Source: Candidatus Omnitrophota bacterium (GTDB lineage Bacteria > Omnitrophota > Gorgyraeia > Duberdicusellales > 4484-171). Taken from it: a stretch of 50,029 nt of DNA. Location: assembly GCA_003644405.1 (NCBI GenBank), contig QNCE01000002.1, positions 1-50,029 on the forward strand, given 5' to 3'. Shown here one piece after another: positions 32,911 through 40,795 of the stretch (position 1 is its first letter; every line of letters begins with the position of its first letter). Both the position numbers and the translations under genes were made by a program. The notes below the pieces were generated by a model that saw nothing but the letters and a program-made list of their open reading frames with translations, was not told where the DNA came from and made no database searches.

Positions 32911-33407
32911 TTTTTAAAGGTAAAGTTTTTAGATTTGGTGACAATATAAATACTGATTGGATAATATCTGGTAGATATAAATTTTCTATTACTGATATGA
33001 AAAAGCTGGCTCAACATATCTTTGAAGATATAAGGCCTAACTTCTATAAAGAGATCATCCCCAACAAATCTATAATCGTAGCAGGTTTAAATTTCGGCCT
33101 AGGTTCCTCTCGAGAACAAGCACCTTGGGTAATAAGAGAAGCTAAGATTCTATGTGTAATAGCTAAAAGTTTTGCACGGATCTTTTATAGAAATGCATTT
33201 AATATAGGACTACCGTTAGTGGAAGCAGATACCGATTCCTTACAGGAAGGAGACATTATCCGTGTAGATATCGATAAAGGAATAATAAAAAATATAACTA
33301 AAGGAGAGGAAATTCTCTTTCACCCTTTAGATGAATTTCGTAAAGACCTTATAAAGGAAAAAGGAATTATTAATTACCTAAAAAAATACCAAGATTTTCA
33401 AATTTAA
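32907..33407 (+). CDS. Aconitase-family hydro-lyase small subunit (LeuD/HacB type)
   Basis: 166 aa with GLNFGLGSSREQAP and FARIFYRNAFNIGLP. ATGA overlap with the pilT stop. Confidence 0.85.
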   Translation: MIFKGKVFRFGDNINTDWIISGRYKFSITDMKKLAQHIFEDIRPNFYKEIIPNKSIIVAGLNFGLGSSREQAPWVIREAKILCVIAKSFARIFYRNAFNIGLPLVEADTDSLQEGDIIRVDIDKGIIKNITKGEEILFHPLDEFRKDLIKEKGIINYLKKYQDFQI

Positions 33408-33413
33408 ACAGTA

Positions 33414-34505
33414 ATGGGCTATAGAATTACTCTTATACCTGGCGATGGAATAGGACCAGAGGTTACCCAAGCAGCACGTCAATGTATAGATGCTTTGGGG
33501 ATAGAAATAGAATGGGAAATTGCTTTGGCTGGAGAGCCTGCATTAAAAGAAAAAAACTCCTTACTTCCTAAAGAAACTTTGGATTCTATCAAAAAAAATA
33601 GAGTAGCTTTGAAAGGTCCTATAGTTACCCCAATAGGGAGTGGTTTTCGCTCTGTAAATGTAGCTTTGCGCCAGACTTTAAATCTCTATGCTTGCGTAAG
33701 ACCTGCTAAGTCTATTGTGGGAATACCTTCTAAATACAAAGACGTAGATATCGTAGTAATAAGAGAAAACAGTGAAGATTTATATGCGGGAATAGAATTT
33801 TTTAAAGGAGAATCCTCTACGAAAAATTTAATAGAGGAACTGAGCCAATTAAGTGGAAAAAATATTTTAAAAGATTCAGCAATATCTATAAAACCTATTT
33901 CGCAATCAGCTTCAGAAAGAATTATTGAATTCGCCTTTGAATGGGCACAAAAAGAAAGAAGGAAGAAAGTAACTTGTGTACATAAAGCAAATATAATGAA
34001 AGCTACTGACGGGTTATTCTTAAGTTGTTTTAAAGAAATAGCATCCAAATATCCTAATATAATAGCTGAGGATATTATTGTAGACAATCTATGTATGCAA
34101 CTAATTTTAAAACCAGAAAATTTCGATGTATTAGTTTTGCCAAATCTCTATGGGGATATAATCTCGGATCTATGTGCAGGTTTAATTGGGGGCCTGGGAG
34201 TAGCTCCCGGAGCTAATATTGGTAAAGAATTTGCTGTATTTGAGCCAGTTCATGGAGCTGCCCCTAAGTATGCAGGAAAAAATAAAGTTAACCCTACAGC
34301 TACAATTATTTCGGGAGTAATGATGCTAAAGCACTTAGGAGAAATAGAAAAAGCTAAACTTTTAGAAGAGGCTACTTATCAAGTGATAAAAGAAGGAAAA
34401 TTTGTAACCTATGATTTAAAACCACGAAGAGATGATCCTACAGCAGTAGGAACAAAAGAAATGGCTCAGGCAATTATAGACAAAATCAATGGAATGAAAA
34501 AGTAA
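33414..34505 (+). CDS. icd: Isocitrate dehydrogenase (beta-decarboxylating dehydrogenase family)
   Basis: 363 aa. [21 protein letters not shown] resembles the ICDH substrate-Ser motif. Also contains [14 protein letters not shown] and NLYGDIISD. Confidence 0.75.
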   Translation: MGYRITLIPGDGIGPEVTQAARQCIDALGIEIEWEIALAGEPALKEKNSLLPKETLDSIKKNRVALKGPIVTPIGSGFRSVNVALRQTLNLYACVRPAKSIVGIPSKYKDVDIVVIRENSEDLYAGIEFFKGESSTKNLIEELSQLSGKNILKDSAISIKPISQSASERIIEFAFEWAQKERRKKVTCVHKANIMKATDGLFLSCFKEIASKYPNIIAEDIIVDNLCMQLILKPENFDVLVLPNLYGDIISDLCAGLIGGLGVAPGANIGKEFAVFEPVHGAAPKYAGKNKVNPTATIISGVMMLKHLGEIEKAKLLEEATYQVIKEGKFVTYDLKPRRDDPTAVGTKEMAQAIIDKINGMKK

Positions 34506-35434
34506 TGGAAAGAGTTAAAAAAATATCTATTATTGGAGTAGGCTCAGTAGGAAGTACGTTAGCTTTTAATATCCTAAAAAATCTAGACATAGAAGAATTA
34601 ATTCTTATAGACATTGCTGGTTCTCTAGCAAAAGGGGTTGCTTTAGATTTAGAAGATACTAGGGCATTTTTAGAATTTTCTACAAAGATACTAGGAACCT
34701 CCAATATAAATCACATCAAAAATTCTGATATCGTTGTTGTTACTGCGGGAAAGGCAAGAAGTGCAGGAATGACAAGATATGATCTTCTTAATATCAACAA
34801 AGAAATTGCTAAAAAGATCGCTAAAAAGATCAAAGAAGTAGCACCTACATCTTTAGTAATAGTGATAACTAATCCCGTGGATTTTATCACCTATGTAATT
34901 AAAAAAGAGACGGGTTTTGGAAGAGAACGAATTATAGGGATGGGGTCTTCTTTGGATTCTGCCCGTCTTCTTAATCTTGTTTACCAGATGGTTAAAATTA
35001 GCCCTTCTTCTATAGAAACAATGGTATTAGGTATGCACAGTAAAGATATGCTTCCCTTGGTTAAAAAATGTAAAGTTAAAGGTATAAGTATAGATAAATT
35101 TTTGTCTCAAGAAAAGATAAAACTAATTTCAGAGAAAACAAAAATAAGAGGTAAGGAAATCGTCGAACTTCTAAAAAATAGAAGTGCTCATTTTGCTCCT
35201 TCTCTCGCTGGTTATCAATTAATTGAAGCCATTGTAAAAGACAAAAAAGAAATTATATGCGCATCAACTTATCTTAATGGAGAATACGGAATAAAGAATG
35301 TATGTATAGGTGTGCCTTGTATTATTGGCAGAAAGGGAATAATAAAAATAATCGAAATAGAATTAAGTAGAGAAGAAAAAGAAAAACTCTTAAAATCAGC
35401 AAATTACTTCAGAGAATGTATGAGCTTGCAATAA
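34505..35434 (+). CDS. mdh: Malate dehydrogenase (LDH-like family)
   Basis: 309 aa with Rossmann motif IIGVGSVGS. GKARSAGMTRYDLL carries Arg at the MDH-specifying position. Confidence 0.85.
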   Translation: MERVKKISIIGVGSVGSTLAFNILKNLDIEELILIDIAGSLAKGVALDLEDTRAFLEFSTKILGTSNINHIKNSDIVVVTAGKARSAGMTRYDLLNINKEIAKKIAKKIKEVAPTSLVIVITNPVDFITYVIKKETGFGRERIIGMGSSLDSARLLNLVYQMVKISPSSIETMVLGMHSKDMLPLVKKCKVKGISIDKFLSQEKIKLISEKTKIRGKEIVELLKNRSAHFAPSLAGYQLIEAIVKDKKEIICASTYLNGEYGIKNVCIGVPCIIGRKGIIKIIEIELSREEKEKLLKSANYFRECMSLQ

Positions 35435-36657
35435 TAGGAGCTGGTGCAGGAGGAATTGAGGCAGCCAAGGAAGCTATTAAAAACAACTTAAAAACTATTC
35501 TTATAGAAGAATTTCCCTTAAACTTCGGAGGTACTTGTTTAAATAAAGGTTGTATTCCTACCAAGTTATATCTCCAGTTAACAAAACACAATCATAACTT
35601 AGAAAATATTTTTTTGAGAAAAAACCAGGTAGTAGATTCTATAAGGAAGGAGGTATTCTCTTATTTAGATAGAAAAGGAGTAGAAATCCTGTGGGGAAAA
35701 GCTCAATTATCTGACAAACATACAATAAAAATAAACAAAAAAGAAATAGTGGCAGAAAATATAATTATTGCTACAGGAAGCATTCCTAAAAAGATTATAA
35801 AACCCGATGGGAAAAAGATAATTTTTGCTGAAGATATATTTAACTTATCAAGTCTTCCTACCAATATTCTTATCGTAGGAGGAGGCAGTATAGGATTAGA
35901 GTTTGCTTCCTTTCTTAATAATTTATCTAAGAAAGTAGTGGTGATAGAAAAAGAAAAACAGATTTTGCCTAATTTTGAAAGAAAAGTGAGTCAGCGTTTA
36001 AGAGCGATATTAGAAAAAAGTGGTATAGTGATAAAAACTTCTACCACTTTAGATGAATTTAATCTAGAAAAATTTGATATAGTACTTTTAGCAGGAGGAA
36101 GAACGCCTAATACAGAAAATTTAAATTTAGGTGAAATAGGATTAAAAACAGATAGTAATGGAAGGATAGAAACTAATGAATATATGCAAACTAACATAGA
36201 TAATATTTTTGCTTGCGGAGATGTTACCTCCCATAAAATGTATGCTTATGTAGCAGAATATCAGGCACGCGTAATTTTAAAGAATATTTTAGGGCAAAGA
36301 GAAGCTATTAACTATGAAGGAATCAGCGAATGTATATTTTCTATTCCTCAGATAGCAAAGGTAGGAATAGATGAAGACGAAGCAAAAAAGGCAAATCTCT
36401 CTTATCAAATTATAAGAACAAACTTCAGAAAGTTTTCTTCCTCCCACGTTTATCAAGATGAGGATGGCTTTATTAAACTTCTTATTGACTCTAAAGGCAA
36501 AATACTAGGGGCTACTATAATTTCCAACTACGCTTGCGAACTTATAAGTATCTTTTCTTTAGCTATAAGAAACCACCTTATCATAGATAAGATAAAGAAC
36601 TGTGTTTTTACTCATCCTACTCTCTCAGAAATTATACCATCCTTCCTAAGAAGCTAA
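35416..36657 (+). CDS. Class I pyridine nucleotide-disulfide oxidoreductase (dihydrolipoyl dehydrogenase-like)
   Basis: 413 aa with IIGAGAGG, redox-active GGTCLNKGCIPTK and C-terminal HPTLSE. 19-nt overlap with mdh. Confidence 0.8.
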   Translation: MYELAIIGAGAGGIEAAKEAIKNNLKTILIEEFPLNFGGTCLNKGCIPTKLYLQLTKHNHNLENIFLRKNQVVDSIRKEVFSYLDRKGVEILWGKAQLSDKHTIKINKKEIVAENIIIATGSIPKKIIKPDGKKIIFAEDIFNLSSLPTNILIVGGGSIGLEFASFLNNLSKKVVVIEKEKQILPNFERKVSQRLRAILEKSGIVIKTSTTLDEFNLEKFDIVLLAGGRTPNTENLNLGEIGLKTDSNGRIETNEYMQTNIDNIFACGDVTSHKMYAYVAEYQARVILKNILGQREAINYEGISECIFSIPQIAKVGIDEDEAKKANLSYQIIRTNFRKFSSSHVYQDEDGFIKLLIDSKGKILGATIISNYACELISIFSLAIRNHLIIDKIKNCVFTHPTLSEIIPSFLRS

Positions 36658-36659
36658 AG

Positions 36660-36667
36660 TTTTCTAA
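36660..36667. repeat. Left target-site duplication TTTTCTAA
   Basis: Identical 8-mer at 37219-37226, immediately flanking the inverted-repeat-bounded element. Confidence 0.65.
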
Positions 36668-36773
36668 GGTAGCATCCAATTAACTGCTGCTATTTTTATC
36701 CTAACCCTCTATAATGTAAAAAGTTGTAAAAGATAAGAAAGGCAGCCTATCTTAAAAAGAGGTTAGGATGGAT
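36667..36773 (+). repeat. 107-bp repeat, copy 1 (IS left end, promoter-like box and leader)
   Basis: 104/107 identical to 49884-49990. Mismatches at 36679, 36728 and 36732. Confidence 0.9.
36710..36715 (+). promoter_or_regulatory. TATAAT box inside the IS left end (possible weak promoter for the Zn-finger ORF)
   Basis: Perfect TATAAT about 57 nt upstream of the ATG at 36772. No good -35 hexamer. Conserved in the second repeat copy. Confidence 0.3.
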
Positions 36774-36975
36774 GAAAAAAAGAAGAAGTATAAGATGCAT
36801 ATGGTGTGGGAGTTTAAATACTAAGAAACATGGGAAAATAAAAAGAACAGGATTTTACTTAAAATCAACAAAACAAAAAAATACCCAGAGATTCTATTGT
36901 AAGGGTTGTAAAAAGACATTGTTGTTAGGAAAGATAAACGAAAAAGATATTCCCACAAACTATTCATTGAAATGA
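36772..36975 (+). CDS. IS-encoded Zn-finger peptide (InsA-like N-terminal part)
   Basis: 67 aa with CIWCGS...20 aa...CKGCKKT. GAGG lies 9 nt upstream of the ATG. Confidence 0.6.
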   Translation: MKKRRSIRCIWCGSLNTKKHGKIKRTGFYLKSTKQKNTQRFYCKGCKKTLLLGKINEKDIPTNYSLK

Positions 36976-37196
36976 TTAAACGCCATATAGAAGATAAAGC
37001 AAGCTATAGAGTTATTGCCAAGAGGTTAAGAGAGACTACCCATTCAAGACTCTCTTCCTTTACGGTATTTAATGCTGTAAAAAGAGCCTCTTTGAGTTCT
37101 AATCTTTCTGCCAGAGGCAGATCTGCCTTTGGCAGAAGAATTAGCCGGTATCTCTATAAAAGGGATAGATTGGGTAAGATTTGCTTTAGAGAATAA
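36972..37196 (+). CDS. IS-encoded HTH-like peptide (InsA-like C-terminal part, -1 frame)
   Basis: 74 aa with SYRVIAKRLRETT. ATGA overlap with the preceding ORF. The frame is open from 36912, and the stop lies inside the right inverted repeat. Confidence 0.5.
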   Translation: MIKRHIEDKASYRVIAKRLRETTHSRLSSFTVFNAVKRASLSSNLSARGRSAFGRRISRYLYKRDRLGKICFRE

Positions 37197-37218
37197 CAAC
37201 AGTTAATATAACGCTTCA

Positions 37219-37226
37219 TTTTCTAA
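37219..37226. repeat. Right target-site duplication TTTTCTAA
   Basis: Identical to 36660-36667. Confidence 0.65.
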
Positions 37227-37230
37227 TTAA

Positions 37231-37260
37231 TTGAAAAGATTATAATTTCTATGGTATAAT
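37231..37260 (+). promoter_or_regulatory. Sigma70-like promoter for the receiver / HD-GYP operon
   Basis: TTGAAA (37231-36), 18-nt spacer, extended -10 TGgTATAAT (37252-60). Confidence 0.5.
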
Positions 37261-37275
37261 ATTAAAATTTAAAAT

Positions 37276-37656
37276 ATGGAGAGTAAAAAGATGGAAAAAG
37301 TATTAATAGTAGACGATGAAGTAGAAGTTGCAGAATTCTTAAGTAGTTTTTTAAAAAGAAAAGGTTTAAAACCCTTTACAGCCAATGATGCTAGAAAGGC
37401 TTTAGAGATTTTTACTCAAAAAAAACCCGATCTTATCCTTCTGGACGTAAAAATGCCTGGAGAGGATGGTTTTTTTGTATTAAAGAAGGTAAAGGAAGCC
37501 TCTAAAGACGTTAAAGTAATAATGATTACTGCAAGAGATGATAAGCCCTCTATTATAAAGGCGAAAAGAATGGGTGCAGAAGATTATCTTATAAAACCCA
37601 TAGAATTAGAAAATCTGGATACAGTCATTTCCAAGTATATAAAGCCTAAAAAATAA
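37276..37656 (+). CDS. Single-domain response regulator (CheY-like receiver)
   Basis: Has VLIVDDE, ILLDVKMPGEDG and a conserved Lys in YLIKP. The true start may be ATG 37291, which has GGAGAG 7 nt upstream. Confidence 0.9.
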   Translation: MESKKMEKVLIVDDEVEVAEFLSSFLKRKGLKPFTANDARKALEIFTQKKPDLILLDVKMPGEDGFFVLKKVKEASKDVKVIMITARDDKPSIIKAKRMGAEDYLIKPIELENLDTVISKYIKPKK

Positions 37657-38822
37657 TGCGCATCTCCTATAGAAAAGAACTGGAAAAAGCAGCTCGTCAG
37701 ATGATCCTTATCCATCGCACAGAAACTCTTATAAAACTTATCATAAGAACGATAATAAAAAATTTAAGAGTCTCTCATGCGGGGATTTTTCTCTTTGACA
37801 AAAATAAAGAAAGCTATATTTTGACCATATCTAGAGGTAAACAAGGTATAAAAATTCCTTCAGGGTTAGTAAAGATTTCTAAAGACTCACCCTTAGTAAA
37901 ATACTTTCTCTATAATAAGTATTACAACCAATGGAGTGATGATTTTCTCCTTCTTAAAAGAATAAAGAGATTTTTAAGGAGAAAAAAAACGGATGAGAAG
38001 CTTAAGGAGTTTTTTCAAAGGTTACTGTATCAACTCTTTATATACAAAGTAGAGGTTGCTCTTCCCATATTTTTTAGAGAGGAACTTTTAGGGATATTTA
38101 TCTTGGGTAGAAAACTAAACGGGAAATCGTTTCCTGCTGAAGAACTAGCTTTTTTATCTATTCTCTCTTCAGATGTAGCTATGGCCATTCGTAACGCCTC
38201 TTTATTTGAAGACTTAAGAATCCAGCTAGAAAAGAATCAAGCTCTCTTTATTCAAACTATCACTGCCTTAGCTCAAGCTATAGAAGCTAAGGATAAATAC
38301 ACCAAAGGGCATACCGAAAGAGTTGTAACCTTTTCTCTAAAAATTGCTCAAGAGCTTAAGAAAATAAAAAAGATAAAAAATTGGGAAAAATTTGAAAATA
38401 ATTTAAAGATAGCTGCTCTCTTACATGACATTGGCAAGATAGGAGTTCCAGAAAAAATTCTTAATAAAAAAAGGCCGTTAACCAACAAGGATTGGGCGTT
38501 GATAAGGATTCATCCCTTAATAGGAGAGGAAATTCTCTCTCCTATAAAAGACTTAAAAGAAATAATCCTAGCTGTAAAGCATCATCATGAGAGATACGAC
38601 GGAAAAGGGTATCCTTCGCAATTAGAGGGAAAAAAAATACCTTTAATGGCAGCAATTATCTCTGTTGCCGATGCCTATGACGCTATGACTACAGAAAGAC
38701 CCTACCGAAAAGCCTTAACAAGAAGCGAAACAAAGGAAGAAATATCTAAAAACAGTGGTACTCAATTTCATCCCTTAGTAGTTAAGGCTTTCCTCAACGC
38801 TTTCAATAAAGAAGAATTATAA
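37656..38822 (+). CDS. GAF domain / HD-GYP domain protein (putative c-di-GMP phosphodiesterase)
   Basis: 388 aa with HDIGKIGVP and HHERYDGKGYP. 1-nt overlap with the receiver gene. Confidence 0.88.
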   Translation: MRISYRKELEKAARQMILIHRTETLIKLIIRTIIKNLRVSHAGIFLFDKNKESYILTISRGKQGIKIPSGLVKISKDSPLVKYFLYNKYYNQWSDDFLLLKRIKRFLRRKKTDEKLKEFFQRLLYQLFIYKVEVALPIFFREELLGIFILGRKLNGKSFPAEELAFLSILSSDVAMAIRNASLFEDLRIQLEKNQALFIQTITALAQAIEAKDKYTKGHTERVVTFSLKIAQELKKIKKIKNWEKFENNLKIAALLHDIGKIGVPEKILNKKRPLTNKDWALIRIHPLIGEEILSPIKDLKEIILAVKHHHERYDGKGYPSQLEGKKIPLMAAIISVADAYDAMTTERPYRKALTRSETKEEISKNSGTQFHPLVVKAFLNAFNKEEL

Positions 38823-38830
38823 CCAAAAAG

Positions 38831-39946
38831 ATGAAGAAAATCCTTATTTTTCATATCTCTCAATTTGGTGGACATAGAAAAGCCAGTGAAAATATAAAAG
38901 AAGCTCTAATTCTTAAAGAACCTAACTTAGAAGTAATTAATTTAAATGGTTTTGCCTACTTAAGCCCCTATGTGGAAAAATTTGTCGATTCTATTTATAC
39001 CCTTGCTATAAAATACCTCCCTCCATTGTGGGGAAAGATTTATGATAAAAAGAAAGTTATAAAAACTATAACTCCCTTTACTAAACTAATAAATCTTATA
39101 GCTGCACCTAAGTTTTTATCCCTAATAAAAAAAATAAAACCAGCAGTAATTATAGCTACGCAAGCTTTCCCCTGTGGAATTATTGCTGAGCTAAAAAAAA
39201 ATCGATGGATAAACGTACCTTTAATAGGAGTGGTAACTGACTATTATCCTCACCGGCTATGGATTCATCAAGGAGTAGACATTTACACAGTAGCATGTCA
39301 AGGAGCAAAAGATGTACTTACAACAGAAGGAGTAAATCCTGAAAAGGTAAAAATTTTAGGCATTCCTATTTCTGTAAATTTTCTAAAAGCTTATGATAAA
39401 AAGGAATTAGCAAAGAAATTTGGTTTTTCTTTAAATACAAATACTATTTTACTTATGGGAGGAGGCTTAGGTATAGGACCCATAAAGAAGATAGCTAAAG
39501 TGTTGGATGATGTAGAAGAAAAGTTTCAGTTGATAGTAATCTGTGGGAAAAACAAAAAACTATTCAATTGGTTTAAGAAAAGCGTAAAATACTTTAAAAA
39601 AAGACTATTTTATTTTGGATATATCGACTTCGTAGATAAATTGATGGACTTCTCAGACATTATTATAACTAAAGCAGGAGGCCTTACAATTTCTGAGGCT
39701 TTAGCTAAAGGAATGGCAACGATTGTAGTAAATCCTATCCCTGGTCAAGAGGAAAGAAATGTAGAATATCTGGAGAGAAAAAAAGCTATACTGAAAACAA
39801 ATTCTGTAAAAGAAATCGGAGGTTTGGTCAAAACACTTCTAAGAGACAGGAATAAACTATTCTCTTTAAAAAGAAATGCTCTGCAAAACGCTACGATAGA
39901 TTCCTCATTAAGAATAGTTAACTTGGTTTTAAGCTATTTAAATTGA
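38831..39946 (+). CDS. GT28-family glycosyltransferase (MGDG synthase / UgtP-like diacylglycerol glycosyltransferase)
   Basis: 371 aa. N-terminal QFGGHRKASENIKEAL and C-terminal ITKAGGLTISEALA GT-B motifs. Confidence 0.75.
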   Translation: MKKILIFHISQFGGHRKASENIKEALILKEPNLEVINLNGFAYLSPYVEKFVDSIYTLAIKYLPPLWGKIYDKKKVIKTITPFTKLINLIAAPKFLSLIKKIKPAVIIATQAFPCGIIAELKKNRWINVPLIGVVTDYYPHRLWIHQGVDIYTVACQGAKDVLTTEGVNPEKVKILGIPISVNFLKAYDKKELAKKFGFSLNTNTILLMGGGLGIGPIKKIAKVLDDVEEKFQLIVICGKNKKLFNWFKKSVKYFKKRLFYFGYIDFVDKLMDFSDIIITKAGGLTISEALAKGMATIVVNPIPGQEERNVEYLERKKAILKTNSVKEIGGLVKTLLRDRNKLFSLKRNALQNATIDSSLRIVNLVLSYLN

Positions 39947-39952
39947 CGACCG

Positions 39953-40795
39953 ATGTATTATTTCTTCGTTTTAGGAAGGTGGGTAGCTATACTTCTACCA
40001 AGAAAGGTATCATACCTATTAGCTTCCATTATAGCAAGAGTAAAGTTCTTTTTTAGTAAAAGAGACAGGGAAAATTTGATATATAATCTTCTACCTATCC
40101 TAAAAAATAAAAAAACAGCCTATCGGTATGCCAGAAAGATTGTGGAAAATTTTGCCTATTACTTAGTGGATTTTTTTCGATTTTCTAAGATTGACTCTGA
40201 ATTTATAGAAAAATATGTGAAATTAATTAGGATTGATTTTTTGCAAAACTTGATTAAAGAAAATAAAAAAATAATAGCTCTTACTGCTCATCTAGGAAAC
40301 TATGAATTGGGAGGAGCTCTTACTTCTATATTAGGATATAAGGTGTACGCAGTTGCTTTGCCTCATAAAGATGAACGGACAAATAGCTTCTTTAATCGCC
40401 AAAGAGAAGTATGTGGAGTAGAGGTAACTTCTACAGGTATAGGAATAAAGAAATGCTTTCAAGCATTAAAAAGCAGAAAAGTCCTTGCTCTTCTGGGAGA
40501 CAAGGATTTTTCAGGAAAAGGTAAGAAGGTAAAAATGTTTGGCAAAACATGTATTCTTCCAAGAGGAGCAGCAAATTTCTCTTTAAAAACAGATGCTTAT
40601 ATTATCCCTTCTTTTTTAATAAGAGAAAACAAATACACTTATAGTTTAATTTTTGATACCCCTATATCTCCTTATCGAGAAAATAAGAAAAAAACTGAAG
40701 AGGAGATTATACAAGAATGTGCTAAAATATTAGAGAAGTATATAGCTAGGTATCCTGAACAGTGGTATATGTTTGAAAAATACTGGATAGAGTAA
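39953..40795 (+). CDS. LpxL/HtrB-family lysophospholipid / lipid A-type acyltransferase
   Basis: 280 aa with an N-terminal TM segment, TAHLGNYELGG, and a C-terminal YPEQWYMFEKYW typical of the family. Confidence 0.75.
   Translation: MYYFFVLGRWVAILLPRKVSYLLASIIARVKFFFSKRDRENLIYNLLPILKNKKTAYRYARKIVENFAYYLVDFFRFSKIDSEFIEKYVKLIRIDFLQNLIKENKKIIALTAHLGNYELGGALTSILGYKVYAVALPHKDERTNSFFNRQREVCGVEVTSTGIGIKKCFQALKSRKVLALLGDKDFSGKGKKVKMFGKTCILPRGAANFSLKTDAYIIPSFLIRENKYTYSLIFDTPISPYRENKKKTEEEIIQECAKILEKYIARYPEQWYMFEKYWIE

Larger units (their letters stand above)
36668..37218 (+). mobile_element. IS1-like miniature (non-autonomous) insertion element, 551 bp
   Basis: Terminal inverted repeats match 19/28 (GGTAGCATCCAATTAACTGCTGCTATTT vs revcomp of 37191-37218) and are flanked by an 8-bp direct repeat. 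It encodes only a Zn-finger/HTH protein, with no DDE domain. Confidence 0.65.
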
